DNA of 64,000 nucleotides from an uncultured Chromatiales bacterium (lineage in GTDB: Bacteria; Bacteroidota; Ignavibacteria; SZUA-365), in the NCBI GenBank assembly GCA_964371045.1, contig CAYJMN010000003.1, positions 1,459-65,458 of the forward strand. The letters run 5' to 3'. Positions 28,720-39,200 of the stretch are shown piece after piece. Made by a program: the position numbers and the translations under genes. The stretch's first letter is position 1. Every line of letters begins with the position of its first letter. The notes beneath the pieces were generated by a model that made no database searches, was not told the DNA's origin, and was given only the letters and a program-made list of their open reading frames with translations.

Positions 28720-30156
28720 ATGAAACGTGCAACCATGTTCGCGGCGCTTTTCGCGCTGCTGGCCATTTCCGCCCAGGCCCAGGGTCCCGTCGTTCTGATG
28801 GGAATAGACGCGGAGGATTTCGGGCACCCCGTACCGGCGAATTACGTTACCGTCATGGGAACAGTGTATTCAAACGCAACGAACGGAGGAACCGGAGCTC
28901 TCGTCATCGGAGGCGGGAAAAACGCCCTCGATGGCGTCACGACGTTCTGGAACGCCCTCGCGGGGACAATCGGTCCCATCACCTACGTCAATGGCGCCGC
29001 CAATATCACCGCCGCCTCATTCGCGGGCTACCGGATGATCGGCGTTGTGAGTGACGCGTTTAACACATTCAGCGGCGGTTTGACGAACCTTGAGAATGAC
29101 GCGCTGACTGGTCGTTCCGGAGATATCGCGGGATTTATCAATGGCGGAGGCGGGCTGTTGGGCTTCTCGAGCACGCAACTTACCACCCCGTACGGGTATC
29201 TCGGAGCATTGGGGTCGTTTACGTCCGGTCTTCCCCCGCAGCAGGATCAGATCACTCCAACCGCTGAAGGTCTGGCAATCGGTGTGACCGATGCGCTGGA
29301 CGGCTGCTGCTGGCACGATTCCTATCTGACGTTTCCGAGTTTTCTCGATATCCTCGCGTACTATCCGAATGTCAGCGGTCTGCCCGCTGCGGCGATAGGC
29401 GGCCAGCAGGTCATCGTGGTGAATAACTGCCCATACTCACAGGGTTTCTGGAAAAATCATGGCGAGGGCGACTGCCATTCAGGCAATAATGCTGACTTCT
29501 GGCCGGCAACTGCGTTCCCGATGCTGGTCGGTACTGTTGCGTACGCGAAAGCTGACGTGTGTGAAATGATCCGTCTGAACAGCGCCGGTGGCAATGCCCT
29601 TCGCACCCTGGCTCGTCAGCTTATCGCAGCCAAGCTGAACATCGCCAACGGCTCACCGAATCTCGTCGCAGCCGAACTTGCTCAAGCTGATGCGCTGATC
29701 GGCGCACTGGATCCGAGAACCGCCAGTGTGCAGGCCAATTCTCCGCTTGGCCAGCAGATGAACGCGCTCGCCGGAGTGCTGGATATGTACAACAACAATC
29801 AGCTCCTCCCGATCTGCGTACCGCCGCCCGCGCCGGCCCCCAAGTCCGGATACACGCGTCCGAGCGATCTCGCAACCCAGGATATCCGGCTCGACTATAA
29901 CTACCCGAATCCCGTCGTCGATGGAACGTCGGTCGGCTACACGCTGAAGCAGGGTGGCAACACGGTCCTCGCGATCTACAACACGCTCGGCGCGAAGGTG
30001 CGTGAACTCGTCAACCGCAACGTCGACGCAGGTTCGTACAGCGTGAAGTGGGACGGACGCGACGACAACGGTATCGCCGTCAGCAACGGCGTCTACTTCG
30101 TCAAGCTGATGATGGACGGCCAGACGGTATCCACCAAGCTTAGCGTAGCTCGCTGA
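28720..30156 (+). CDS. secreted protein with T9SS C-terminal sorting domain
   Basis: ATG at 28720 after ggagga. Signal peptide MKRATMFAALFALLAISAQAQ. C-terminal YNYPNPVVDGTSVGYTL...VYFVKLMMDGQTVSTKLSVAR. Confidence 0.8.
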   Translation: MKRATMFAALFALLAISAQAQGPVVLMGIDAEDFGHPVPANYVTVMGTVYSNATNGGTGALVIGGGKNALDGVTTFWNALAGTIGPITYVNGAANITAASFAGYRMIGVVSDAFNTFSGGLTNLENDALTGRSGDIAGFINGGGGLLGFSSTQLTTPYGYLGALGSFTSGLPPQQDQITPTAEGLAIGVTDALDGCCWHDSYLTFPSFLDILAYYPNVSGLPAAAIGGQQVIVVNNCPYSQGFWKNHGEGDCHSGNNADFWPATAFPMLVGTVAYAKADVCEMIRLNSAGGNALRTLARQLIAAKLNIANGSPNLVAAELAQADALIGALDPRTASVQANSPLGQQMNALAGVLDMYNNNQLLPICVPPPAPAPKSGYTRPSDLATQDIRLDYNYPNPVVDGTSVGYTLKQGGNTVLAIYNTLGAKVRELVNRNVDAGSYSVKWDGRDDNGIAVSNGVYFVKLMMDGQTVSTKLSVAR

Positions 30157-30180
30157 TCACACCCGTGTTTCAATAAAAAA

Positions 30181-30208
30181 ATCCCCGCGAACGCGGGGAT
30201 TTTTTTTA
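30181..30208 (+). terminator. rho-independent terminator
   Basis: atccccgcgaacgcggggat followed by tttttttt. Confidence 0.75.
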
Positions 30209-30899
30209 TCGTTCGCATGCCGGAACACCGACGGCGGTGACGAGGGAAGCCCTCCCCGCCTGCGCCACCGATGCTCATCCGCAGCCGTGGCTCAGTACAC
30301 TGGCTTCGACGGCTTGCTCTCCGAGGCCGAGTCAGAAACGCTGTCGCTAACAGTAGGGCTTTGCCCGGGGCAGGATCGGCAGGGACACTCCACGCTCCGC
30401 TCTCCGTGCTCTGCTCGGATATCTAATGGAAGGATGTGTTTTCGGTGATCGGACCTGTGAGCGTGACTGTCACAGGATTGTCTGGTCACCCCGGCGTAGG
30501 GATCGTTGCTTGGTCCCCAGATAGCGGTCTTCGCAAGGCAGGATGATATTGCACAAACAGTGCAGCGATCGCCGCGAGCGCGGCGCTGATCCTGAAATGC
30601 GAATGCATAAGAGTATCACCTTGCATCGTGGTGCTATCTATCGAAATGCGTGCGATGCGTGGCTGGAGGACTCAAACGTCGGGACTTTCAGGAAGACTTG
30701 AACGTGAAAACAATATAATATGGTAGTAATATTTTAATCAATGTCGACGCGGGCTCCATGGCGCGTCGATCCCGACTTTTTCCTCGAGGTTGCTTTTCTT
30801 TGGCGCCCGATTTATGTTAAGGATATAATTATCATTTTTTCTCTCCGGTATCGACCGGGGAAACCGCCAGCTTCCATATTTACATTCCGCGAGCACATC

Positions 30900-32840
30900 A
30901 TGAACGCGTATCGGTTCCCCGCATTCGTCTTGCTGATTGCAGGATTATGCCTCACCTGCCTTTCCGCATGTGACGAAGGAGCACCAACAGACAACGGTGA
31001 TCCTTCTCTCATCCTGTTCGAAACGACGGTGGAGATTGGCCCTTCAGGCGGGTCAGCCACGTTGGAGGACGGTTCGTCAATCGAGATAGCGCAAGGAACG
31101 CTGGCGTCGACGACGAGCGTCACATGGGCGAAGCTGAAAGAAGACAAATTCTTTACCGGAACGAAGCTCCTCGTGTACGACCTGAGTTCGGACATCGCGC
31201 CGGCTATTGTCACGCTGAACATTCCTGTCGCTCCCGGTCAATCGAGCGAAGATTTCAGTATCTACAACTACGATCCAACGTATGACGCGGAAATTGACGG
31301 ACGCGACGTGGCATTTACGTATGATTCGCTTGGCGGGATGCTCACCGCCGTGCTTCACGTTGATGGAATCGCAGGTGGCGGCGGTTTGAGGAAAGCCGCC
31401 GACGGCGTCAAACGCACACGTATCGTGGTCGATAACGAGCCACTGGTCGAGCCCTCTGTGACACAGCTCGCGCTACCCATGCCCTTTTATCAGCAGGATG
31501 CGAAAACCTGCTACGCCACATGCGTGAAAATGCTCGCGAGGGCCTATACGCCGCAGGGAACGACGCAGGTGTGCGATATTCTGAAATGGATCGACTACCC
31601 CGAAACCACAGGTCCAAACTCCTATATGTACCAATGGCACATGCCGACACTCATCAAGCGCGCCACTGGATTTACCGCGCAGAGCGGACGCTACTGGTGG
31701 GCGCGATCGGCATTCAACAATCTCATCACGAAACTGGATGCCGGGTATCCGGTCATTATCGGTCGTATGGGACATTCCATTTTGGTAATCGGGTATGAAA
31801 AAACCAGTGGATTGAAAGGCCCCTCCGCATACCGCTATCTCGTCAACGATCCTTCAGGGGACTATGCGCCGAACACCTGGAAGGACTGGAATTGGTTGTT
31901 CCAGCGCAGCTTCGATTTCGGTTCTTTCGTCGAACTCTGGATCCCCCAGACGCCGCCCGCGAACCGCACCCTTCAGACAATCGCCATGCCCATGACTTCG
32001 GCGACCGGGCGCATCGAATTCCTCAAAACCAACGAAGACACCGGCGATGATGTCCCGATGGTCTCGCTCGACTTCAACAGGGCATCCGGCACAGGCTATG
32101 GATGGAAATACAGGACGCAGTGGGTGAACAGCATTCCCGAGGAAGCGACCAAACTGCGCGTACAGACCCAACTTCGTAACGCCGATGCGACGAAGAGTCC
32201 GCGGTCGGGCGTGTATCTGAAAGTGTGGCAGCATGGGACGGGCGGCGGGATGTTCATGGCGACGGAGTTTTTCACGCCGCCATCATCCGGAGCGAAAACG
32301 GAGTTTCTGAAAACCATCCCCTTCACCGAGTTCTTCACGCCCGGCGGTGACACCACCTGCACGCTCTCGCTGGAATTGCTCGACACGCAAGGCGCAACTG
32401 TTGATAAATTCTCCGTCGATTTCGTGCTCTCGCCGGCGGCGGCGGAGTACCGCATTATAAAGGAAAGTGGTAACGCGGCGCCATCCGGCATAACGCTCAC
32501 CCTGCCCACTGAAGTCGAGTTCGGGAAGACCTACAATATTCGCGGCGTGTGGGCCGACGTGCCCACGTATCCGGACGCGCAATATTCCATACTCGGTGGT
32601 TTCGTCGCGGACGAAATCGATCTTGAAACGGAATTATGGGTTCAAGCTGTGTTCCGCGACAAATTCGTGGACCTCAAGGGCTTCCACCATTATTTCGACG
32701 ACAACATCACGATATCAGACGCGGACAAGACCCGGAAATACTTCAAACTGCAGCTCACCATGCGCGCTTACGACGCCAACAACGCTTCGGCCCCATACTG
32801 GCTGCAGACGAGGATATACAAGATTCCGATAAAACAGTAA
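30900..32840 (+). CDS. lipoprotein with peptidase C39-like (papain-fold) domain
   Basis: ATG at 30900. Lipobox LTCLSAC. QQDAKTCYATCVKMLARAY ... GHSILVIGYEKTS ... YLVNDPSG resembles a Peptidase_C39_2 Cys/His/Asp arrangement. Confidence 0.65.
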   Translation: MNAYRFPAFVLLIAGLCLTCLSACDEGAPTDNGDPSLILFETTVEIGPSGGSATLEDGSSIEIAQGTLASTTSVTWAKLKEDKFFTGTKLLVYDLSSDIAPAIVTLNIPVAPGQSSEDFSIYNYDPTYDAEIDGRDVAFTYDSLGGMLTAVLHVDGIAGGGGLRKAADGVKRTRIVVDNEPLVEPSVTQLALPMPFYQQDAKTCYATCVKMLARAYTPQGTTQVCDILKWIDYPETTGPNSYMYQWHMPTLIKRATGFTAQSGRYWWARSAFNNLITKLDAGYPVIIGRMGHSILVIGYEKTSGLKGPSAYRYLVNDPSGDYAPNTWKDWNWLFQRSFDFGSFVELWIPQTPPANRTLQTIAMPMTSATGRIEFLKTNEDTGDDVPMVSLDFNRASGTGYGWKYRTQWVNSIPEEATKLRVQTQLRNADATKSPRSGVYLKVWQHGTGGGMFMATEFFTPPSSGAKTEFLKTIPFTEFFTPGGDTTCTLSLELLDTQGATVDKFSVDFVLSPAAAEYRIIKESGNAAPSGITLTLPTEVEFGKTYNIRGVWADVPTYPDAQYSILGGFVADEIDLETELWVQAVFRDKFVDLKGFHHYFDDNITISDADKTRKYFKLQLTMRAYDANNASAPYWLQTRIYKIPIKQ

Positions 32841-32880
32841 TTTCGAGCGGGTGATTCAACACTCCGCTCGAATGCTCATT

Positions 32881-34521
32881 TCATCGCACAACCATCACGC
32901 GACAATGCGCCGCGCCGGTCCGTGTGCCGAGCCGTGCGATATACATGCCGGCTGCCAGACGTCCGGGATTCCATCGCACTGTGTGCGCCCCTGCGTTCCT
33001 CCAACCTTCGCCGAACGCGGCCACCTTCCGGCCGCGAATGTCGTAGACATCGATGTCCGCGGTTCCCGCACGATCCAGGACGTACTCCAGCAGGGCGCTA
33101 TCCCGCACCGGATTGGTGAGCGAGCGGATTTCGGGATTCTTTGGCCGCGCGGTGGGAGAGGCCGCCGAGAGCGTGCTGTAATCGAAAGGTTCGTCCACAA
33201 GATGATAATAGGCCTCGCTCTGACCGTTGTAATCGCGACGGAGATACGGGCACACGAGAGGGGTACGGGTCAGGTCGGTGAGCGCCGTCAGCTGGGGTGT
33301 CCCGCTGTTCCAGTCGTACACCGGAATGCGCGAAGGATCGATTTCGGGACACATCCCGCGTTCGCGTGCGATGTGGAACAAGCCGAAATTCCCCGGTTCG
33401 TGCCCGCCAAGCCAGGTACCGACGACGTCGACCAGCAGCGGATTCTTGCCGAACACGAGAATATTGCTCATGAAATCTTCCGGTGTATCTCCAGGGCCAG
33501 GGCCTTTCGTGAAACCGTTTCCGTTTCTCCCGTAGATGCCTTCGATGATATTCAGTCCCGTAGGCGTGACGCTGATCGAGTCGAGAGTGCGCTGGGCCCA
33601 GGTTTCCATGCCGTAACCGCCATTGGTATCCCTTCCGGGGCGATCCCAGCGCGGGATGCCCGCAGCCGCATGACGCGCGTAGGCTTCATCGATACGCTGC
33701 TCGAAATCGACGTTGAACACGCGACGTTCGGTCTCGCTTCTGCTTTTCGTCCCATCCACTCCCTCGCAGAAATGCACGTACGGCGCCACCACCATGCCCT
33801 GGAGATTCTTCGTGCAGAGCGTCAATCCCATCGAGTGGGATTTGAACTTCGCGATGTTGATGAGCCAGGAATTGTCGTCGTTACAGGGAGCAAGATACCC
33901 GATACGATTGAACAACACACCGTCGGCGACATCGCGCCAGATTACTTCGGTTCCGGTTTGCAAATCCTCGAGACGCAGATCGTAGATATTCCTGCCGGAC
34001 TGGAAATCGAACAAATGCATTCCGTGCCGTGTGGTGACGGTGTTCATGCGCTGCCCCGTGACGAGGTACTCGCCGGTACAGTACCCGTTGCCCATCCAGT
34101 TGGCTTCCCGTACGAACATGTTAAACCCGGGGAAGCCCGTTTGCCTGATGCCGCCGAACAGCCCGTCCAGGAAATCGATGTCGGTGATGATGCCCATGCC
34201 TTCAGGGGTGTTGCCCGTGCCCGAGGTGCAGGTGAGATTGGGCTTGATGGCGAGGGCGTGTTCAAACGGTATGCCGGTATCTATATGCGGGGTGAAATAC
34301 TCCCGGCCAAACAGCAATCCTTCGTTTTTTTTCGCTGCCGCATCGAGCTTGTCGGTGACGGCGGTTTTCCGGATAAACACGGCCTCCGGGTGGGCTTCAA
34401 CGAACGGATGCGGCAGGAGAAAGGAAGGCAGGCGGCCGGGATTCGCACGCAGAAGGCGCGGCAGAACCGTACTGCCGGCTGCGATGGCGGAGATTCCGGC
34501 GAGAAAATCGCGTCGTTTCAT
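32881..34521 (-). CDS. Tat-signal DUF362 domain protein with T9SS C-terminal sorting domain
   Basis: MKRRDFLAGISAIAAGS is a twin-arginine motif. LAIKPNLTCTSGTG and IAKFKSHSMGLTLCTKNLQGMV are DUF362-like. C-terminal VYDIRGRKVAAFGEG...GMYIARLGT is CTD-like. The antisense 616-aa ORF is rejected. Confidence 0.75.
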   Translation of the reverse strand: MKRRDFLAGISAIAAGSTVLPRLLRANPGRLPSFLLPHPFVEAHPEAVFIRKTAVTDKLDAAAKKNEGLLFGREYFTPHIDTGIPFEHALAIKPNLTCTSGTGNTPEGMGIITDIDFLDGLFGGIRQTGFPGFNMFVREANWMGNGYCTGEYLVTGQRMNTVTTRHGMHLFDFQSGRNIYDLRLEDLQTGTEVIWRDVADGVLFNRIGYLAPCNDDNSWLINIAKFKSHSMGLTLCTKNLQGMVVAPYVHFCEGVDGTKSRSETERRVFNVDFEQRIDEAYARHAAAGIPRWDRPGRDTNGGYGMETWAQRTLDSISVTPTGLNIIEGIYGRNGNGFTKGPGPGDTPEDFMSNILVFGKNPLLVDVVGTWLGGHEPGNFGLFHIARERGMCPEIDPSRIPVYDWNSGTPQLTALTDLTRTPLVCPYLRRDYNGQSEAYYHLVDEPFDYSTLSAASPTARPKNPEIRSLTNPVRDSALLEYVLDRAGTADIDVYDIRGRKVAAFGEGWRNAGAHTVRWNPGRLAAGMYIARLGTRTGAAHCRVMVVR

Positions 34522-34842
34522 ACAGCACCTCGAAGATGGAGATCACAATGTACACATCGTACCAAGGGTAGACACATGAACGGCCCATTCGTTCCCTTTG
34601 CGGAAAAAATATTTTTCGGAAATGAGCGGACCTGTCTGTCTGCCGCTTATGCTACGAGTCGTTTCCATCAAATGCAAATGTTTTCTTACATTGGGGTCTG
34701 AAAGCGCGCATGATGGCGAAGATGGGTAGGCGCTGCCTCACGGTTACGCGTTGCAGTGTCTCCCGCTCCGATTCGACAGGAACTCCCTCCGGATCGATCG
34801 ATCACGTACCCCACAGCCGACATTCACATACGGAGCTTCATA

Positions 34843-36153
34843 ATGATTTATGAACTTTTAACCGGTCAACACTCTCCCGAGGAACAGCAGCTTCGCTATA
34901 AACTGCGATTCCTGTGGCAAAGCGACGGATATTCCGCTGCGGACCCGATCGTCAATCTCCTTCTCCACGACAACGACAGGGACGGATTGCTGTGGGGTAT
35001 GAGATACATACTCGACACACGCAAGTCGCCGGATTACCACTCAGGCATACGCCGGTCCTGCGAACTCGTGGAATCGGATCTCTCTCTTGAGGAACAATTC
35101 CGCATGTTGTATTTCCTCCTGGAGGATCATCAGGATACACTGATCATCAATTTCGTCACAGTGTTCGTGCAGAAGATCTGTCGCGTCGATAGTATTCCGG
35201 ATAATCATATTCCATTGTATCAGAAGGCGGGAGAACGACTGATTGCGGCTGGTCTGATTTCCCTCGGAAGAGATCTGCTGGAATTCCTCCTTGACACCGC
35301 ACCGATCAAAGCTTCAATCGCTGCTTACTCTTCGATGGTATCCATGGTTGGCGACGTTCGGGAAAACCCGCAAAACGAATTCCGGGCGCTGTTCCAGATG
35401 CTCCTCAAACGATTCAATATCCAACTCAGCGCCGAGACGACGGCCGAAGTGCACGAGAACTGGCACGAACCGATGCTGATGGCATGGTTCAATCTTATGA
35501 ACGAGTCCCCCGTCCCCCGGTACCAATACATGACGCGCGAGGAAAGAATTGAATATCTCGCCGGCCTGGCTGATAAAACGATGTATTTTGTGAAGCATCC
35601 CGAAGAGCGCTCACTTGACGACATTCTTCGCGGTTTGTTCGTGCTTGATATCGAGTGGAGGGAGGAGTTGTTTGGCCTTGAAGTAGATCCTGACGTTCCC
35701 TCCGAGGATGAATCCGATTCCATGCATCTCCCGGAATTCGACGATGAAGACTACCTCCGCTGCGTGGACTTCGTGCTCGATCATTTCGATCATTACCTGC
35801 CGGACAATAAAGCTGAAATCAAAGCCTTTGTACCACTCCTCTACCTCCCCATCTATGCGATGGATTACAAAATGCCCGAACTCCGCAGTGACCTCGAAGT
35901 CAAAGTGGACGGCACGTACCTTGCGACATTTATCCGTGACATGGCCGAGGTGGTTCAAATACTGTGGGAGATGCTTTCGGAGTACGATGAGGTGGGTAAG
36001 GCCTTGATGGCGATCGATGCCAATGATATTCTACTTGAGCACTGTGGTGAAGGTGTTTCAACCGAGGCGATCGAAATTTTCATCTCCACGCTGAAGACCG
36101 AAAAGAAAACCATACAGCGCGTCATGAAGGAATACAGGCACGGAGAGCGTTGA
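34843..36153 (+). CDS. hypothetical protein
   Basis: 436 aa from the ATG at 34843. No signal peptide. About 50% GC. Confidence 0.55.
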   Translation: MIYELLTGQHSPEEQQLRYKLRFLWQSDGYSAADPIVNLLLHDNDRDGLLWGMRYILDTRKSPDYHSGIRRSCELVESDLSLEEQFRMLYFLLEDHQDTLIINFVTVFVQKICRVDSIPDNHIPLYQKAGERLIAAGLISLGRDLLEFLLDTAPIKASIAAYSSMVSMVGDVRENPQNEFRALFQMLLKRFNIQLSAETTAEVHENWHEPMLMAWFNLMNESPVPRYQYMTREERIEYLAGLADKTMYFVKHPEERSLDDILRGLFVLDIEWREELFGLEVDPDVPSEDESDSMHLPEFDDEDYLRCVDFVLDHFDHYLPDNKAEIKAFVPLLYLPIYAMDYKMPELRSDLEVKVDGTYLATFIRDMAEVVQILWEMLSEYDEVGKALMAIDANDILLEHCGEGVSTEAIEIFISTLKTEKKTIQRVMKEYRHGER

Positions 36154-36288
36154 CGCATTCGGGCGCGCAGGTCTGCTGTTCAGTGAAGCTGCACGAATGT
36201 CACTCCCGCAGGCGCAGTGCGTCTATACGATGAGCGACTACAGGCAAACGGCCCGGCGCGGACATTCATCCGCCCCGGGCCGCTCGTT

Positions 36289-39200
36289 CTACGGCAATAC
36301 CACGAAGCTCCGCGTCGCTTCTCCGCTCGCTGTGCGCAGCGAAATGAAATAGACACCGGAACGAAGTCTGTCCGTGTCTATCACGATGCTGCCCTGGCCG
36401 TCAGCGGACGCCGCTTCGGTGCGGGACAGAATCTCGCGGCCCAGCACATCGCGCACACTGATACGGCTCACGCTGCCGACGGGGACACTGTACGGCACGG
36501 TCGTCCGCTCGCCTCGCACCACGGGATTCGGATGACTGTCGTACAGCGCGACGCCCTCCACGGGACGCGGCGCGGCAACAGACAGCGGCGAGACGATGGA
36601 GTACACCACCTGGATATCGCCGGGTGTTATCGGCGCGGGATGAAGTTCGATCTTTCCGTAATGCTTGCCGATCGGCAGGTCCGTGGTGACGGGTTGCACG
36701 TTCATGACCGTCCGCGCGTTGCCGTCCAGCGGGATCGTCGACAACCACGACGGCGATTGCGCCACCGACCACGCCGGGGTCGGTCCGCCGCCGGTCCAGA
36801 GCGTCACCGATTTCGACGCGGGCAGCGCTCCGAGATGCTCGGCGGTGAATCGCAGCAGCCAGGGCGTCAGCACGATTCCGTCCGGATCGCGCGCGGTGAT
36901 GGTCACTGTCGATTCACACGAAAGCGGCGTCTCCTGTCCATCGCAATCGGCGATCCAGCGCACCGCGACCGTCCCGGCGGCGGCCTGCGACTCCACGATG
37001 TCCAGCATCCACTCTGCGCTCGCTGACGCGCCTGGGAGGAGCGCGGGGATCATCTTGACGCTATCCTCCCCTGCCGCGAGAACGAGCACCGGAGGAAGCA
37101 CGATCGCGATGCGGCATGGCTTCGAAATCATCGTTCCCGTGTTGCGCACCGTGTACTGCAGCTGCAAGGGATCGGGAATCAGCGCTTCGTAGAAATTGTC
37201 GGCCCAGATCGTATCGTGACCGGCGGTGGAGCAATGCAACGACACGTAGCGCGGACCGCCTTCGATCAGCGTCGCCGCGTCGCAGGCGGAATGAATATCG
37301 CGGTCTCCGATGTCGATGGAGACGATGTAGCGCTCCTCCTCGTCCGTCGCAGCCCACAGCGGAGTCAGTTTCCAGGTGACGTCGACACTCGAACCGGCAT
37401 TCAACAGTGGAAGCACGCGCACGGGCATCGCGGGACCCACGAGCCGCGACCGTTTCAGCGACGCCGTATCGAGACGCGCCCGCACATTGACCAACGCGGT
37501 ATCCGTCGGATTGCGGAGCCGGAGTGTGACGTCGAATGGATCAGTCACATACTCACCGCGCGGCATATCGTAATGCACGGTGTCCGGAGACAGCACGAGG
37601 CATGGAATCCCGACAGCGGGGATGAATATCGTTTTTTCACACCGCGCCGCCTCCGAGGCGTCCGGCGCGTACGCCACGACGCCGATCGATGAAAGACGCT
37701 CCGTAGGCGAGGACAACGCGCGCAGCGACCACGACACCGTATCGCGTTCGCCCGCCGCGAGCTGCCGCAATCCCTTCAACCGCGCGTCCAGCAGCGCGAT
37801 CATGCCATCCGGAGGCAGCAGGATGTCCGCTTCTTTCAACGGCAGCGGAATGCTCCCGACATTGTGCAGTACCATGGTTGCGGTAAAGTCGGTTTGTGAG
37901 AGTAACCCATTTGAAGAATCGATATGGAGCGAATCCGGCAGGTCCAACGTGCAAAGGATTTCACCGCGCTGAACACGGATATTCACAATGGCTTCGCAGC
38001 GGTGTTCTTTCCCATCAGCCTCTGTGATATACACAAGACCGACGGTATCCGATACATCGTGGTCGATGGGTGGAAGCACGGCGAAGCGCCACTGCTGCAA
38101 CCTACGGAATCCTGGATTGACATAGAATCGATCCCGTCGCTCCACTTCGCCAGTGGCAAGTTGGAGGTGCGGCGCTCGCGACATGTCGAGTCGCTCCACG
38201 GTGTAAAAGCGCACGGTGTCCGCAGGATTCTCGATAGTCAGGCCAATCCCGAATTCCATCGGATCGCTGCGTCCGCTCATCGGATCCCATCGCACCGTCG
38301 GCGGCGAGATTGTGGAGCACACCGTGCCGTGCACACCGGGAATAGTGACGGTGAGTTCGCAGTACTGCGTTATTAAATCGAAGGTGTCCACCAGCACGGC
38401 CTTGAAGAAAACATCGCGGTAAAACTGCCACGAAAGCACCCGGAAACTGAACAACTCCTCCCTGTCGCTTCGTGGCGGAAGTTGCTGAAATGTTCTCTGG
38501 AGTGGAGTCAGAGAAAAGACACCCGTACCCGGCTGCACGACAAGGTTCAGCGCTTTGATTGGTGCCGGTTCGTCTCCGAGGTTGCGTACATGCACGAGGA
38601 CATGCAACGTATCGTTCGCAAGACGCAAGTCCTTGATTCCTGACTCCAGTTGGGGAAAACTCTTGATCGAGCAATGGACCTCGGTAGAGGCGAGATCCAT
38701 CAAGACAACTCGAACAGACCGAGTCCCGCTCGCGGTAACCGGACAAGGGGCATTCGGAGAAACTCGAAGGAAAAAGCGGAGTGACGCTGGATCGAGCAGC
38801 GTATCGAACGGCGCATGAAAAAACCACTCGAGTACGCGCGAGTCCCCGGGAGCGATGCTGGAGAGATACAGCTCCGATGGAGCCGATCCGTTCAGCAATT
38901 GTATGACACCGGGAATATTCAGCAGGACGCGAAGCGAATCCGACGTTGCGATGGAATCGACGTTGGTGATCCTCGCACGTAGTACACAAACCGATGGAGC
39001 AGCGATGCGTCGCAGGGTGTCAACGAACAATGTGTCCACGGCGTCAAGATCAACGGTCAGCGAGGTATTCAGACCCGGTGGAGGTGGAGAAATCGCCGGA
39101 CGCGGACAGATGCCGGGGATATCCAACCGGGTGAGCAGCAGGTCGTTACCCCCGGGGTTCGGTCCGGGCATGCCTGGCGTCGGCTGCATGTTGGTGCCTG

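Noticed and set aside
32851-34701. 616-aa ORF on the plus strand
   Set aside because: Antisense to a well-supported minus-strand gene (Tat signal, DUF362 motifs, T9SS CTD). Its composition is Arg/Ala-rich, as expected for a shadow ORF in roughly 65%-GC coding DNA.
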